Source of the DNA: Armatimonadota bacterium
Lineage (GTDB): Bacteria; Armatimonadota; Zipacnadia; Zipacnadales; VGFC01
Assembly: GCA_016869045.1 (NCBI GenBank)
Contig: VGFC01000005.1
Span: 1 to 50,769, forward strand
Direction of reading: 5' to 3'
Length of the DNA stretch: 50,769 bases
Positions 25,250 to 35,205 of the stretch are shown here, one piece after another. Every line of letters starts with the position of its first letter. Positions within the stretch are counted from its first letter, which is position 1. The notes below the pieces were generated by a model that saw only the letters and a list, made by a program, of their open reading frames with translations, had not been told where the DNA came from and did not search any database. The translations under genes and the position numbers were made by a program.

Positions 25250-28200
25250 ATGGAGGGAGCAACGATGATCGTTCCGGCTCTGCTGGTCTGTGCGGGCTCG
25301 GGGATGGCTGCGCTGCCCGAGTCGATTGGCTGGACGCTGGTGGATGTCGGGGAGAAGCGCTCGGCGACGGTGGAGGATGATGCGGCGAAGCTGGTGGATG
25401 GCGGCGAGTTGCAGGCCGAGCCGGAGGGGATGGGCCTGCGACTGGAGGTGCAGTACCGGAAGGCGGGGCTGATGATGCAGCCGGCGGGCCTGCGTCTGGG
25501 CCGCCTTCAGGTGCGGGTGGTTGATCAGTCCGGTCGCGACCGGGGGCTGGTGGCGCGCCTCGACCTCCGGTTGCCGGCGGGTCAGTGGTCCTGGATGCAG
25601 GACCTGGACACCGCCGTCCCGCTGGGCGAGAAGCCCCTCTCGAACACGGCTGCCCTGCGGGAGTTGCCGGGCCTGCCGGAGTTCGCGGGCGGGGAGCGGC
25701 CGGACTACGGGCGGTACTCGGCGTACCCGCTAGGCGCCGTGGAACAGGGCGGTGAGTATATCGCGCTCGCGCGGCCGGTTAGCCAACTGGCGTTGGTCCG
25801 CTTCATTGGGCAGGGGCAGCCCTCGCCGCGCCTGACCGCCGAGGTCGACTTCGCGCTGAGTGAGTACACCAGTCCGCCGCGCGAGGCCACGTTCGAGCTG
25901 TGGTTTGTGGCAGGCCGGGCTGCGCCCACTCGGTCGATGCGAGACGCTCTCCAATTCGCGCACGTGCCGCCGGCCGGAACGGTGCCCCGCGAGTCCGCGG
26001 TGCGGCCGGGCGGATGGATGCCGTTCTCCGACCTGGGGAAGATCCCGAGTGTCGATGAGTTCGGCTTCGGCTACCAGGAGGGCGCGCCTAACCCGACGTT
26101 CGACGACGCGCTGGGCGCCGCCAGCTTCGTGTACTTCCACTGCGCGGGGGAGTTCGCGAACGTGGAGGGGTATAAGCGCGGCACGGAGCCGTTGCCGCCG
26201 TATGAGACGATCATCGCAGCCTTCAACCGGGTCGCGCAGGCGAATTCGGGCGTCGAGAACGTCTGGGGTGTCTGCGGGATTCAGGGGGCCGACGGGAAGA
26301 TCGCGTATCGACCGGAGAGGACGTACGGTGACTTCTTCTGCCAGGCGTGCGTCGATCCCGACCTGCCCTACGGGAAAGCCATGGCCGACCGACTGGTTGA
26401 GCGCGTAACGGCGACGAAGCACCCGGAGGGCATCGACGGCTGCTACTACGACGGGATCGCCGCGGGCCTCGACTACGCGCCGGAGCACCTGCGCGCCGCG
26501 AATCACCTGCTCCTGTGGGACGGCAACCTGAGCCGCCCCGTGAACTACAACCTCTGGAGTTCCATCGAGTGGGCGAAGCACATCTACGGCCGATTCGCGG
26601 GCACGGGCAAGTTGACGATGCTGAACGACAGCAGCCTCGTGTCGTTCACCTTCGCCGGTCCGTACATCGACGTGCCCGGCGGCGAGATGAGCCTTTACCT
26701 GCAGCGCGACCAGGCGCGGCTGATCCGCGCGCTCCTGATGGGCAAGCCCTTCTGCACGCTCGTGAAGGCGGACTTCACTCAGGTCTCCCAACCCCAGATG
26801 GAGACCTACATGCGCCGGTGCACGGCGTATGGAATCCTCTTCGGGTTCTTCGACATCAGCCCGTCAGGCGATCACCCCGGTTCGAGCTACTGGGTGCACC
26901 CCGAGTGGTATGACCGCGACCGGCCGCTCTTCCGGCGGTACATGCCTATCGCGTCCGAACTCGTCTCGGCGGGCTGGCAGGCGCTGCCCTCCGCGACCGT
27001 AGAAGAGGGAGCGGCGTTTGTGGAGTCCTTCGGTTCCGGGGAGAACCCATTGCAGTACGCGACGCTCTCCACCGATCCTGCAACCGATCCGGCGCAGGAG
27101 AGGGCCGTGACGGTCGCTCTCCCCCAGCGCAAGGAGCCGGACCTCGCGGTGGAGCTGCTCACAGGGCGCATTGAGCCGCTCAGTGGTCGGTTGGCGACCG
27201 AACTCACGGCCGAGGACCTGCAGGTGTGGGCGCTCGGCCCACCGGGGGCGCAGGCGCAGGCGTGTCTCGCGCGGGCGCGGGATGTCATCGAGCGGCGACG
27301 GCAGTACATCGAGGCGACGCGCGCGGTGGGCGATTCGCTCTCCCCCTGGGGCGGGTACGGAGAACGAGGGGGGAAGATCGCTTCGCCGGGACGCGAGGGC
27401 GGCCTATGCCTGATGGCCGCGAAGGACCAGCCCGGCCTGTCCGCGGGCGCGAACCAGACGATCAACGTGACGCATGACGCGCCACACAAGCTGATCGTCT
27501 CCGCCTGGAGCAAGGCGGAGAACGTGACCGGCAACAAGGACCACGACTATGCGCTGTACGTCGATTGCTACTACACGGATGGCACGGCGATCTACGGGCA
27601 GACGGTGGACTTCGACCCCGGTACGCACGACTGGCAGTACGGCGAACGCACCATCGAGCCCGCTAAGCCAATCCGCAACATCAACGTCTACCTCCTCTTC
27701 CGGGGCGCCCACACGGGGCGCGTGTGGTTCGACGATGTGCGGGTTGCGCTGGCGGACGACCCTGACAAGAACCTGCTGCCCCGCGGCGGCTTCGAGCCGG
27801 ATCGCGGCCGTTCGGCCATCGCAGGAGGCTCACCCAAGGCTACGCGGCTGAACGAGGAGTTCGAGCAGCTGGCGGACCTGGCGGGCAGGCCGCCGGAGGG
27901 TGTGGACTGGGCGCAGGCGCAGCGCACTCTCGATGGGATCGACCAGTTCATCGCGAAGACCGACTGGGGCGCCGACACCGAGCGCTCGCGGCGTGATGCG
28001 GAGGATGTTCGGTGGCACATCGAACTCGCCAAGGCTTGCCTCGCGGGCGAGCCGCAGGTGGCGAAGCGCGAATCGCGGCTGACTGGACTGGTGACGCTAG
28101 ACGTCCCGCGAGTCTCGACCGGTCCGACGCAGTACAAGGCGATGGCCGGCAACGTGCCCTTCGGCACGATCATCGTGGTGGACAGCAACTACGAGGGCTA

Positions 28201-28588
28201 CAGCGCGCAGCCCCTGACCGATGGGCAGATCAACCCGCAGGGCGTGAACTGGACGAGGGTCGCGTGGGCGTCGGGCGAGCACAACGGCCCGCACTGGATC
28301 GAGCTGCGCTTTCCGCAGCCTACGGCGGTGCGCGAGGTGCGGTTGTGGGGCGCGCTGGATGCGGGGACGCTGCACGTCCCGCAGAAGGTCGAAGCACAGG
28401 TGCAGAGGGAAGGGAAGTGGGAGGCTGTTGCGGGGCAGCAGATCGAGACGGGAGACGGTGGCCTGGTCGTGATCCGCTTTCCGGGCAACGCGGTCAAGGC
28501 GCTGCGCGTCTACCAACCGGCGCATGGCGGCTCGAAGGACCGGCCCGACCTGATGTGGATCAGCGAGCTGGCGGTCACTGCGGACTGA
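25250..28588 (+). CDS. Large secreted carbohydrate-active protein (putative TIM barrel, CBM4/9-like, discoidin)
   Basis: Signal-like N-terminus; IDGCYYDG; SAWSKAENV...GTHDWQ...GRVWFDDVRV; PHWIELRFP...WISELAV. Confidence 0.65.
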   Translation: MEGATMIVPALLVCAGSGMAALPESIGWTLVDVGEKRSATVEDDAAKLVDGGELQAEPEGMGLRLEVQYRKAGLMMQPAGLRLGRLQVRVVDQSGRDRGLVARLDLRLPAGQWSWMQDLDTAVPLGEKPLSNTAALRELPGLPEFAGGERPDYGRYSAYPLGAVEQGGEYIALARPVSQLALVRFIGQGQPSPRLTAEVDFALSEYTSPPREATFELWFVAGRAAPTRSMRDALQFAHVPPAGTVPRESAVRPGGWMPFSDLGKIPSVDEFGFGYQEGAPNPTFDDALGAASFVYFHCAGEFANVEGYKRGTEPLPPYETIIAAFNRVAQANSGVENVWGVCGIQGADGKIAYRPERTYGDFFCQACVDPDLPYGKAMADRLVERVTATKHPEGIDGCYYDGIAAGLDYAPEHLRAANHLLLWDGNLSRPVNYNLWSSIEWAKHIYGRFAGTGKLTMLNDSSLVSFTFAGPYIDVPGGEMSLYLQRDQARLIRALLMGKPFCTLVKADFTQVSQPQMETYMRRCTAYGILFGFFDISPSGDHPGSSYWVHPEWYDRDRPLFRRYMPIASELVSAGWQALPSATVEEGAAFVESFGSGENPLQYATLSTDPATDPAQERAVTVALPQRKEPDLAVELLTGRIEPLSGRLATELTAEDLQVWALGPPGAQAQACLARARDVIERRRQYIEATRAVGDSLSPWGGYGERGGKIASPGREGGLCLMAAKDQPGLSAGANQTINVTHDAPHKLIVSAWSKAENVTGNKDHDYALYVDCYYTDGTAIYGQTVDFDPGTHDWQYGERTIEPAKPIRNINVYLLFRGAHTGRVWFDDVRVALADDPDKNLLPRGGFEPDRGRSAIAGGSPKATRLNEEFEQLADLAGRPPEGVDWAQAQRTLDGIDQFIAKTDWGADTERSRRDAEDVRWHIELAKACLAGEPQVAKRESRLTGLVTLDVPRVSTGPTQYKAMAGNVPFGTIIVVDSNYEGYSAQPLTDGQINPQGVNWTRVAWASGEHNGPHWIELRFPQPTAVREVRLWGALDAGTLHVPQKVEAQVQREGKWEAVAGQQIETGDGGLVVIRFPGNAVKALRVYQPAHGGSKDRPDLMWISELAVTAD

Positions 28589-28608
28589 CTCGGCGAGGAG
28601 TAACCGGA

Positions 28609-29667
28609 ATGGCGATGACACCCAGGGATCGCGTCTTCGCGGCGCTGTCGGGCGAGCGGGTCGATCACATCCCGCTGACGATCTACGAGGGCCTCCTGCC
28701 GCGCGGCGAGGTCGAGCGGCGGCTGCGGGAGGAGGGCACGTGCCTCGTGTGCCGCACCCCCATGTACGGCGTGAGTTCGCCGAACGTCAGCACCGACACG
28801 AGCACCTACTCCGATGAGCGCTTCAGCTATCAGCGCGAGACCATCAAGACCCCGGTCGGCGAGGTGAGCCAGGTTCGGCGGCTCGGGGGCGGATACGGCA
28901 GCAGCCTGCTGTGCGAGTTCGCGATCAAGCGGCCTGAGGACTACAAGGTCATCGAGTTCACCTGGCGCGATCAGCAGTACGAACCGGCGTATGACAACTT
29001 CCACAGCAACGCGCGGCGCCTCGGCGCGGATGGCGTGGTGATTGGCAACCTCGGCTACACGCCCCTGCAGCACATGCTGATCCTGTACATGGGCCCCGAG
29101 CGCTTCGCGTGCGACATGGTGGATTACCCGGAGCTGTTCCTCGGCCTCTACGAACGAATGGCCGAGCGCCATCGCGAGCAGTATGAGATCAGCGCGGAGA
29201 GCCCGGCTGAGTTCTTCATCTACGGGGACAACGTGACCGCCGAGATGGTCGGCGCGGAACGCTTCGAGCAGTACGTGGCGCCGAGGTACAACGAGCTGGC
29301 AGACATTCTCCACGCGAAGGGGAAGAAGCTCGGCAGCCACCTGGATGGGAAGATGGTGGCCCTGAAGCAGCAGGTGGCGCGGACCAAACTCGACTTCATC
29401 GAGGCCTTCGCACCCTTCCCGGACGGCGACCTCCCGCTGGGCGACGCGCGGGCCGCGTGGCCGGAGAAGGTCATCTGGTGCAACTACCCGTCCGCGATGC
29501 ACTTGTGCACCAACGGGCAGATCGAGCAGAACACGCGGGAGATGATCCGTGACATGGCGCCGGGAGATCGGTTCCTGGTCGGCGTCACGGAGAACATCCC
29601 CGAGGAACACTGGCAACGCAGCCTCCCCGTGATCTCACGCATCCTGAGGGAGGAGGGTCGAAATTAG
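28609..29667 (+). CDS. URO-D family protein (second copy)
   Basis: MTPRDRVFAALSGERVDHIP; YGDNV; SHLDG; VGVTENIP. True start ATG 28609 follows GAGGAG. Confidence 0.8.
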   Translation: MAMTPRDRVFAALSGERVDHIPLTIYEGLLPRGEVERRLREEGTCLVCRTPMYGVSSPNVSTDTSTYSDERFSYQRETIKTPVGEVSQVRRLGGGYGSSLLCEFAIKRPEDYKVIEFTWRDQQYEPAYDNFHSNARRLGADGVVIGNLGYTPLQHMLILYMGPERFACDMVDYPELFLGLYERMAERHREQYEISAESPAEFFIYGDNVTAEMVGAERFEQYVAPRYNELADILHAKGKKLGSHLDGKMVALKQQVARTKLDFIEAFAPFPDGDLPLGDARAAWPEKVIWCNYPSAMHLCTNGQIEQNTREMIRDMAPGDRFLVGVTENIPEEHWQRSLPVISRILREEGRN

Positions 29668-29730
29668 GGACAGGCCCCAATTTCGGACGGACGTCATGTC
29701 CGAAATTGGGGCCTGTCCCTAATTTCGACC
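29656..29730. repeat. Perfect 33-bp-arm palindrome (GGGACAG core) that supplies the upstream stop codon
   Basis: GGTCGAAATTAGGGACAGGCCCCAATTTCGGAC, 9-nt loop, exact reverse complement. Confidence 0.9.
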
Positions 29731-29745
29731 AAATAGGTGACTGAC

Positions 29746-31686
29746 ATGCTCGCACACGGAGCGATGATGGCGGCACTCTTATCCGCAGTCGGCGGCCAAG
29801 CGGCCGAGGTCGAGGGCAAGGCCTTGCGAGAGGCACTGGAGGGGAAGGTCGGTGGGTTGCTGGCCTCCTATCGCGCGTGGGATGCGGCGAACCGCGACGG
29901 GATCGGCCTGTCGGACCGCACGACCTCGGGCGGCCTGGGCTGGGGCGAAAGCTCCTTCCTGCGCAACTACATGCTCTGCTATCAGGTCACCCACGATACC
30001 TACTGGCTCGACAAGGTGATCGACCACTTCGACCGGATGGTCGGCAATCTCGCCCCGGATGCCGATGGCTTCCTCGCGTGGTCTGACACGGACTACTCAG
30101 TCGGCCTCGTCAACGCGGAGCCCGTCGGAGACGTCGGAGGCCTGACCACCGATCCGGCCCACCAGAGGCCCTACGTGAAGCGCGGCGGCGAGCTGGTGAC
30201 CGGCCACGAGTACCGCATCGAGTTCATCGCCGACGACCGACTGCGCGTGCTCGACGTAACCGATGGCAAGGAGCTGGCGGCGCTCGCGTACGCCGATCCG
30301 ACGGTCATTGAGGCGGTCCCCGGCGCGAAGCTGACGCTGAAGGGGCCCGGCAAAGCCGGCGCCGCCTTCCGCGTGACGACCCACGCGCCCGAGCCCTGCG
30401 AGTACCAGGTGCATGACGGGGTGATCACCTGCCCCGTCGCGCAGTTCATCGAGGTCGCCCTCACCGACCGGAAGCTGCCTGTGAAGTACCGCGCGAAGGC
30501 CGACGAGTACGCGAAGCTGCTCCGGAAGCACTTCTTCGAGAAGTGGGAGAGCACGTGGCTCGATCTTCCCGACGGCGGGGGCCTCTACAAGTTCACGAAG
30601 AACCCGACCCAGCGCTTCCCGGGCTACAGCCTGCCGCACAACCAGTACCTCGCGCTCGCGCGCACGTGGCTGGTGCTGCAGGCCGTGCCTGGGCTGGAGC
30701 ATCGCGACGAGTACCGCGACCGCGCAGAGAAGATGGCCCGCTACTTCAAGCAGAACCTGAAGCTCAACGGCGAGGCGTACGTGTGGAACTACTGGGACCC
30801 GCTGCCAACCGAGGAGGGCATTACTCGCCACATCGAGGATCACGGTCACGGATCAATCGACATCGGGTTCGTCGTGGAGGCGGCTCAACGGGGCATCGTC
30901 TTCACCGAGGAGGACCTGCGGCGCTTCGCGGCAACCTACAGCCAGGTGATGTGGAACGGGTCGCTTGAGGACCCACGTATCGGCGATCGGGTGGACCGCA
31001 ACCAGGGAGACGTGCGGACGTGGTGGGAGTGGATCACCCTCGGCTGCGCATCGGAAGCGGTCTGCGACGTGGCCGCCGCGCTCTATGTCTCACAGGGCCA
31101 TCCGGTGAGCATGGCTCCGCAACTCGCGAGCCTCTACGATGCGGTCGTGGGTGTGAGCGAGGCGGACCAGAAGGCCTATGCCGACGCGTCGGCTGCCCTC
31201 GAGCAGGCCTTGGCCGCGAAGGGGCTGCTGAACCCGGGCTTCGAGATGGGCATGCCCGACACCGGGCCGTTCGGGTGGACGCTCACGACGTGGAGCCCCG
31301 ACGAGGGCGGCTCGGCGGAGTGGGTGGGCGACGCTCACGAGGGCAAGCAGGCTGTCGTGTTGATCGGCAAGGGTGAGAAGGTCAACGTCGTGGCTCAGCC
31401 GATCCGGAACCTGCCCGGCCGAGCGGGGCAGACCGTTGCGGTGAGCGTGTGGTACAAGACCACCGACGCCGCGCGGCCGCACATCAGTGTGCTCGGGTAC
31501 AACGAGAAGGGCGGCCAGGTTCAATACAACACTTCCCCCGTGCTCGAAGCGTCCGCCGAGTGGAAGCAGGGAACGTGGTCGATAGCGCTGAGCGAGGGGG
31601 TAGTGGGATTCCGCCTCCTCCTGCGCAATGCTGGTGCGGGCGCCGTGTACTACGACGACGTCAACGTCAGGGGCAGCGACGGTTAG
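29746..31686 (+). CDS. Secreted protein: putative alpha/alpha-toroid domain plus C-terminal CBM4/9-like domain
   Basis: Signal-like N-terminus; YQVTHDTYWLDK; PHNQY; YVWNYW; LLNPGFE...VSVWYKT...VYYDDVNV. Confidence 0.6.
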   Translation: MLAHGAMMAALLSAVGGQAAEVEGKALREALEGKVGGLLASYRAWDAANRDGIGLSDRTTSGGLGWGESSFLRNYMLCYQVTHDTYWLDKVIDHFDRMVGNLAPDADGFLAWSDTDYSVGLVNAEPVGDVGGLTTDPAHQRPYVKRGGELVTGHEYRIEFIADDRLRVLDVTDGKELAALAYADPTVIEAVPGAKLTLKGPGKAGAAFRVTTHAPEPCEYQVHDGVITCPVAQFIEVALTDRKLPVKYRAKADEYAKLLRKHFFEKWESTWLDLPDGGGLYKFTKNPTQRFPGYSLPHNQYLALARTWLVLQAVPGLEHRDEYRDRAEKMARYFKQNLKLNGEAYVWNYWDPLPTEEGITRHIEDHGHGSIDIGFVVEAAQRGIVFTEEDLRRFAATYSQVMWNGSLEDPRIGDRVDRNQGDVRTWWEWITLGCASEAVCDVAAALYVSQGHPVSMAPQLASLYDAVVGVSEADQKAYADASAALEQALAAKGLLNPGFEMGMPDTGPFGWTLTTWSPDEGGSAEWVGDAHEGKQAVVLIGKGEKVNVVAQPIRNLPGRAGQTVAVSVWYKTTDAARPHISVLGYNEKGGQVQYNTSPVLEASAEWKQGTWSIALSEGVVGFRLLLRNAGAGAVYYDDVNVRGSDG

Positions 31687-33899
31687 CGTTTCCTGCGGCA
31701 GGCCTCGGCCAGCGTACGCCCGATCACGGGAAGCGCGACCCTCGGGCTGAGCACCTGCCGCAGAATCCAGCGGTACGGCAGTGACCCCGCGAACAGGGCC
31801 CAGGCCGCCCGCCGCAGGCGCTCGCTTACAACGCCGCCGCCTTGCATGAGACTGACGACCGCGGCGGCAGCCGAGCGATGCGTCGAGGCGACGCGGTTGA
31901 GCCGGAACAGCACCGCCCCGAAGGCGTTGTCGCGCATGATGACCCGACGGCACGGCGGCAGGTAGTGATCCTCGAAGGCCGCCGCCGACACCCCCCGATG
32001 GACGATCGTGTGGGCGGCGAAGGCTGCGGTGTTGAAGGCGGACTCGAGGCCGTTCTTGTACAGGCGCGAGCACGCCGCGTCGCCGATGATGACGAAACGG
32101 TTGGCGAACGGACGGGTGGCGTTTGTCACGGGCACGCGCGGATGGCAGTGGCAGAAGCGCTTCGGGATCTCCCAGTTCGCCGGGAGCTTCGCGCGAACCG
32201 CCGGGTGCTCCAGCGCCGCGTGCAGGTCGGCCAGGCCCATGTCGCGGTAGCCCACCAGTGTGAACGTAAGGAACTCGCCCTTGGGAATGAGGGCGATGAA
32301 CGCGACGTCGGGCAGCCCGATGTTGATGATCTGGATGTCCCCGTCGAGCTGCTCGCGGATGTGCTCCTCGCCGACGAGCAGTTCCGCCTGGCAGGCGATG
32401 GTGGTTTCGGGCGCGTGGTAGCCGAAGCCCAGCTCCTCGACGCGGCGACTCAACCGGCCTCCGAGCCCGAAGGCCCCGACCACGACTTCGACGTTCATCT
32501 CGACCTTGTGCGACCCACGGCCGTAGGCCAAGCGAATGGGGTCTGCCTCATTGGACGGGATGGCCAGGTCGGTTACCGGCTCTACGACGACCTGCAGGTC
32601 AGGCCCCCGCACGGCCTCGAGCAGGTAGTCATCGAAACTCACGTTGTCCGCCAGGACGAGGTCGCGCGGGCCATTGCCCCGGAAAACGGTCGCCATGTTC
32701 TCGTCCGGATCATCCGTGTGCAGGTGGACGGTCCCCGCGACGGTCTCTAACTGGAAGCCGTCCACTACGGACTGCACGACGCTCGGGGGCGGCTCCAGCC
32801 CCGACTCCCTCATGCGCCGCAGCAGCGTGCCGGCCACCACGCCTCCGCACATGTTGCAGCCTCGCGGGCCGGGCTGGGTGAAGTCCTTCGCATCGAAGAT
32901 CGTCAGGCGCAGGTTCAGACCCACGCGTCGCGCGTGTTCGCGCAGGAGGTGCACGAAGAACGTGCCCGCCGGTCCGGCGCCGATGACGGCCACGCGCGCG
33001 CCGTCGGTCAGGCGCGGGTAGATGTCGGGATCGGGCCAGGGCTCGCGGTGCTCGCCGCCGGAGCGCTGGCGGATGCCGCGCAGGGAGCGCGGTGCCCGCG
33101 CGGCGGGAGTGCTGCGCCAGAGGCGCTCGTCACAGACCAGCGCAACCGCGAGCAGGAGGGCGAGGGCGATCGTACCCGCGCCGAGCAGCCACACGAGCAG
33201 CGGGTCCCGGGTCGCGGCGGGCAGTAGGAGGACGTTTGCGGCTGGGAACCACACCAGCCGTCGGTCCAGGCGGCGGAGGTGATAGAGCCACTCGGGTCGA
33301 GGGCGGTCGGCCGGTCGGTCGAGGAGTTCGGCGCGACAGAGCCGCCGGGCACGCCAAGCCGACAGCAGACCCGCCCACACGGCGACGCCTTGCCGGTAGC
33401 ACACATCCCACGCCAGCAGGAAGATGAGCACCTCGACGCCAAGGCGCACCGGATGGGGCGCAGTGCCCAGGAACCGGTCCAGTGCACCCGGCGCCGCCGA
33501 CCATGGCCTGAGCAAGACGTACCCTACGAACAGGAAGATCAGCAGCCCGGGCGCAGCCTCGGGGTGCAGGCGGTGGAACATCGTGGTGCGGTAGCGGTGG
33601 ATGACGCGGGCCGCTTCGCCGGTCAGCGGAGGCAGGGGCACCCTCAACGCCGGCGCGACAACCAGAAGGAGTTCCGACCAGAGGGCCACGGCAATGACGA
33701 TCAGCGATCCGGCGAGGGCCGTCGCCCAGCCCAGCTCCAGGCCCCAACAACTGCCCAGGGCCAGCAGTTCCATCAGGAGCAACTGGAGCAGCACCGACCG
33801 ACGCGTCGGCAGACGCCGCAGCAGCGGCAGTCGGCCGAGCAGGCGCTCGTAGAGCCACCGCAGCTCCTTGGTTGGCCGAGGCTCTCGCGTCTGGGGCAT
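31683..33899 (-). CDS. Fusion of a multi-TM membrane domain and an FAD-dependent oxidoreductase (geranylgeranyl reductase-like)
   Basis: N-terminal ~260 aa with several hydrophobic helices, then VAVIGAGPAG, CNMCGG, FDDYLL, VVGAFG, IIGDAA. Start taken as ATG 33899. Confidence 0.75.
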   Translation of the reverse strand: MPQTREPRPTKELRWLYERLLGRLPLLRRLPTRRSVLLQLLLMELLALGSCWGLELGWATALAGSLIVIAVALWSELLLVVAPALRVPLPPLTGEAARVIHRYRTTMFHRLHPEAAPGLLIFLFVGYVLLRPWSAAPGALDRFLGTAPHPVRLGVEVLIFLLAWDVCYRQGVAVWAGLLSAWRARRLCRAELLDRPADRPRPEWLYHLRRLDRRLVWFPAANVLLLPAATRDPLLVWLLGAGTIALALLLAVALVCDERLWRSTPAARAPRSLRGIRQRSGGEHREPWPDPDIYPRLTDGARVAVIGAGPAGTFFVHLLREHARRVGLNLRLTIFDAKDFTQPGPRGCNMCGGVVAGTLLRRMRESGLEPPPSVVQSVVDGFQLETVAGTVHLHTDDPDENMATVFRGNGPRDLVLADNVSFDDYLLEAVRGPDLQVVVEPVTDLAIPSNEADPIRLAYGRGSHKVEMNVEVVVGAFGLGGRLSRRVEELGFGYHAPETTIACQAELLVGEEHIREQLDGDIQIINIGLPDVAFIALIPKGEFLTFTLVGYRDMGLADLHAALEHPAVRAKLPANWEIPKRFCHCHPRVPVTNATRPFANRFVIIGDAACSRLYKNGLESAFNTAAFAAHTIVHRGVSAAAFEDHYLPPCRRVIMRDNAFGAVLFRLNRVASTHRSAAAAVVSLMQGGGVVSERLRRAAWALFAGSLPYRWILRQVLSPRVALPVIGRTLAEACRRKR

Positions 33900-33927
33900 G
33901 ATGGCCTGCTCCGCCCGCGTCGGGTCA

Positions 33928-33955
33928 GTTCTACCAGTCTCAACCGCGCGCCTGT
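33928..33955 (-). promoter_or_regulatory. Putative sigma-H-like promoter ACAGGC-N17-AGAAC
   Basis: Variant of the recurring motif, correctly oriented 28 nt upstream of ATG 33899. Confidence 0.4.
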
Positions 33956-33978
33956 GGAGGGGGTTCCGGGGGGGAGGC

Positions 33979-35055
33979 TCAGTACTCGGCGCGCCGGAGC
34001 ATGACGAGACCCACGGCGGCGAAGAGGACGTTCTGGAGCCACCCGGCGACGACCGGATGGAGCGTGCCCGCAAGGCCGAAAGCCAGCGTCCATGAGCGGA
34101 CGCCGTTGTAGAGGAAGATGATGAGGATGGCGATGAGGATTCCGCCGAAGGCGCCCCACCGCGCATAGCGGAAGGCCAGCGGCGCGCCGATCAGCGCGAA
34201 GACAAGACATGCTGCGGGAATGGAGTACTTGAACTGCAGCTCGACTTGCAGCGTATGGGCGTCCTGGCCTCCCGCCTCCAAGACGTCAACGCGGTCCCGC
34301 AACTCGCGGGCGCTCATCTCGAAGGCGGAACGCTTCTCCGCGTAGTAGTTCTGCAGGGCCGCCGATAGCTCAATCTTGCGCGTGTCGAAGAGGCGCGGCG
34401 CGCCGGGCCGGTTCCAGCGGTCGAAGCTCTGGCTCAGGCCCTCGTGCAGCCACCATACATTGGCCTGCAGATCGGCGTACCGGGCCTGGGTGATGTCCTG
34501 CAGCCGGCCGTCGGCGCCGAAGCTCCAGATGACGATGTTCTCCAGGAAGTTCGTGTCCGCGTTCAGGTGCCGGACGTAGAAGATGCGGCCCTCCCGGTCC
34601 CGGAAGAACTGGTTGTGCTCTTCGCGCAGGACCGGCTGGGTCATCCGGATGCGCTCGATCACCCGCACGGCCGCGTCGTTGGCATCGGGCACGACCCACT
34701 CGTTCAACGCGAAAGCGGCGATGGTGGCCAGGGCGCCGGCCAGGATCATGGGCCGGCAGATTCGCAGCAGGCTGACGCCGGCGGCGCGGATCGCGGTGAT
34801 CTCGCCCTCCCGCGTGGCACGTGCCATCGCCAGCGAGATCGCGACAAGCGTGCCGACCGGCATCGACCACACGAACGCCCCCGGGCTGCGCAACCAGAGG
34901 TACTGGGCGACCAGCAGCGGCGGCGTGCGGGCATTGAGGATCGTGGAGCCGATCTGCCTCGCGATGTCGCCGAGCAGAATCACGGCGAACGTGCACACAC
35001 CAATGAGGAAGGGGACAACGAGATCACTGAGGAGGAGGCGGTCGAAGAGCCGCAT
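33979..35055 (-). CDS. LptF/LptG-family LPS export permease
   Basis: MRLFDR; GEITAIRAAGVSLLRI.RP; LNEWVVP; EMSAREL; KYSIPAACLVFALIGAPL; AGWLQN. Confidence 0.92.
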   Translation of the reverse strand: MRLFDRLLLSDLVVPFLIGVCTFAVILLGDIARQIGSTILNARTPPLLVAQYLWLRSPGAFVWSMPVGTLVAISLAMARATREGEITAIRAAGVSLLRICRPMILAGALATIAAFALNEWVVPDANDAAVRVIERIRMTQPVLREEHNQFFRDREGRIFYVRHLNADTNFLENIVIWSFGADGRLQDITQARYADLQANVWWLHEGLSQSFDRWNRPGAPRLFDTRKIELSAALQNYYAEKRSAFEMSARELRDRVDVLEAGGQDAHTLQVELQFKYSIPAACLVFALIGAPLAFRYARWGAFGGILIAILIIFLYNGVRSWTLAFGLAGTLHPVVAGWLQNVLFAAVGLVMLRRAEY

Positions 35056-35056
35056 G

Positions 35057-35205
<149 letters not shown>

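Noticed and set aside
28012-28608. N-terminal extensions in the ORF track (also 33900-34166, 44833-44979, 7550-7606, 8633-8695)
   Set aside because: They overlap neighbouring genes or promoter/intergenic DNA. Family-typical N-termini or SD sites point to later starts.
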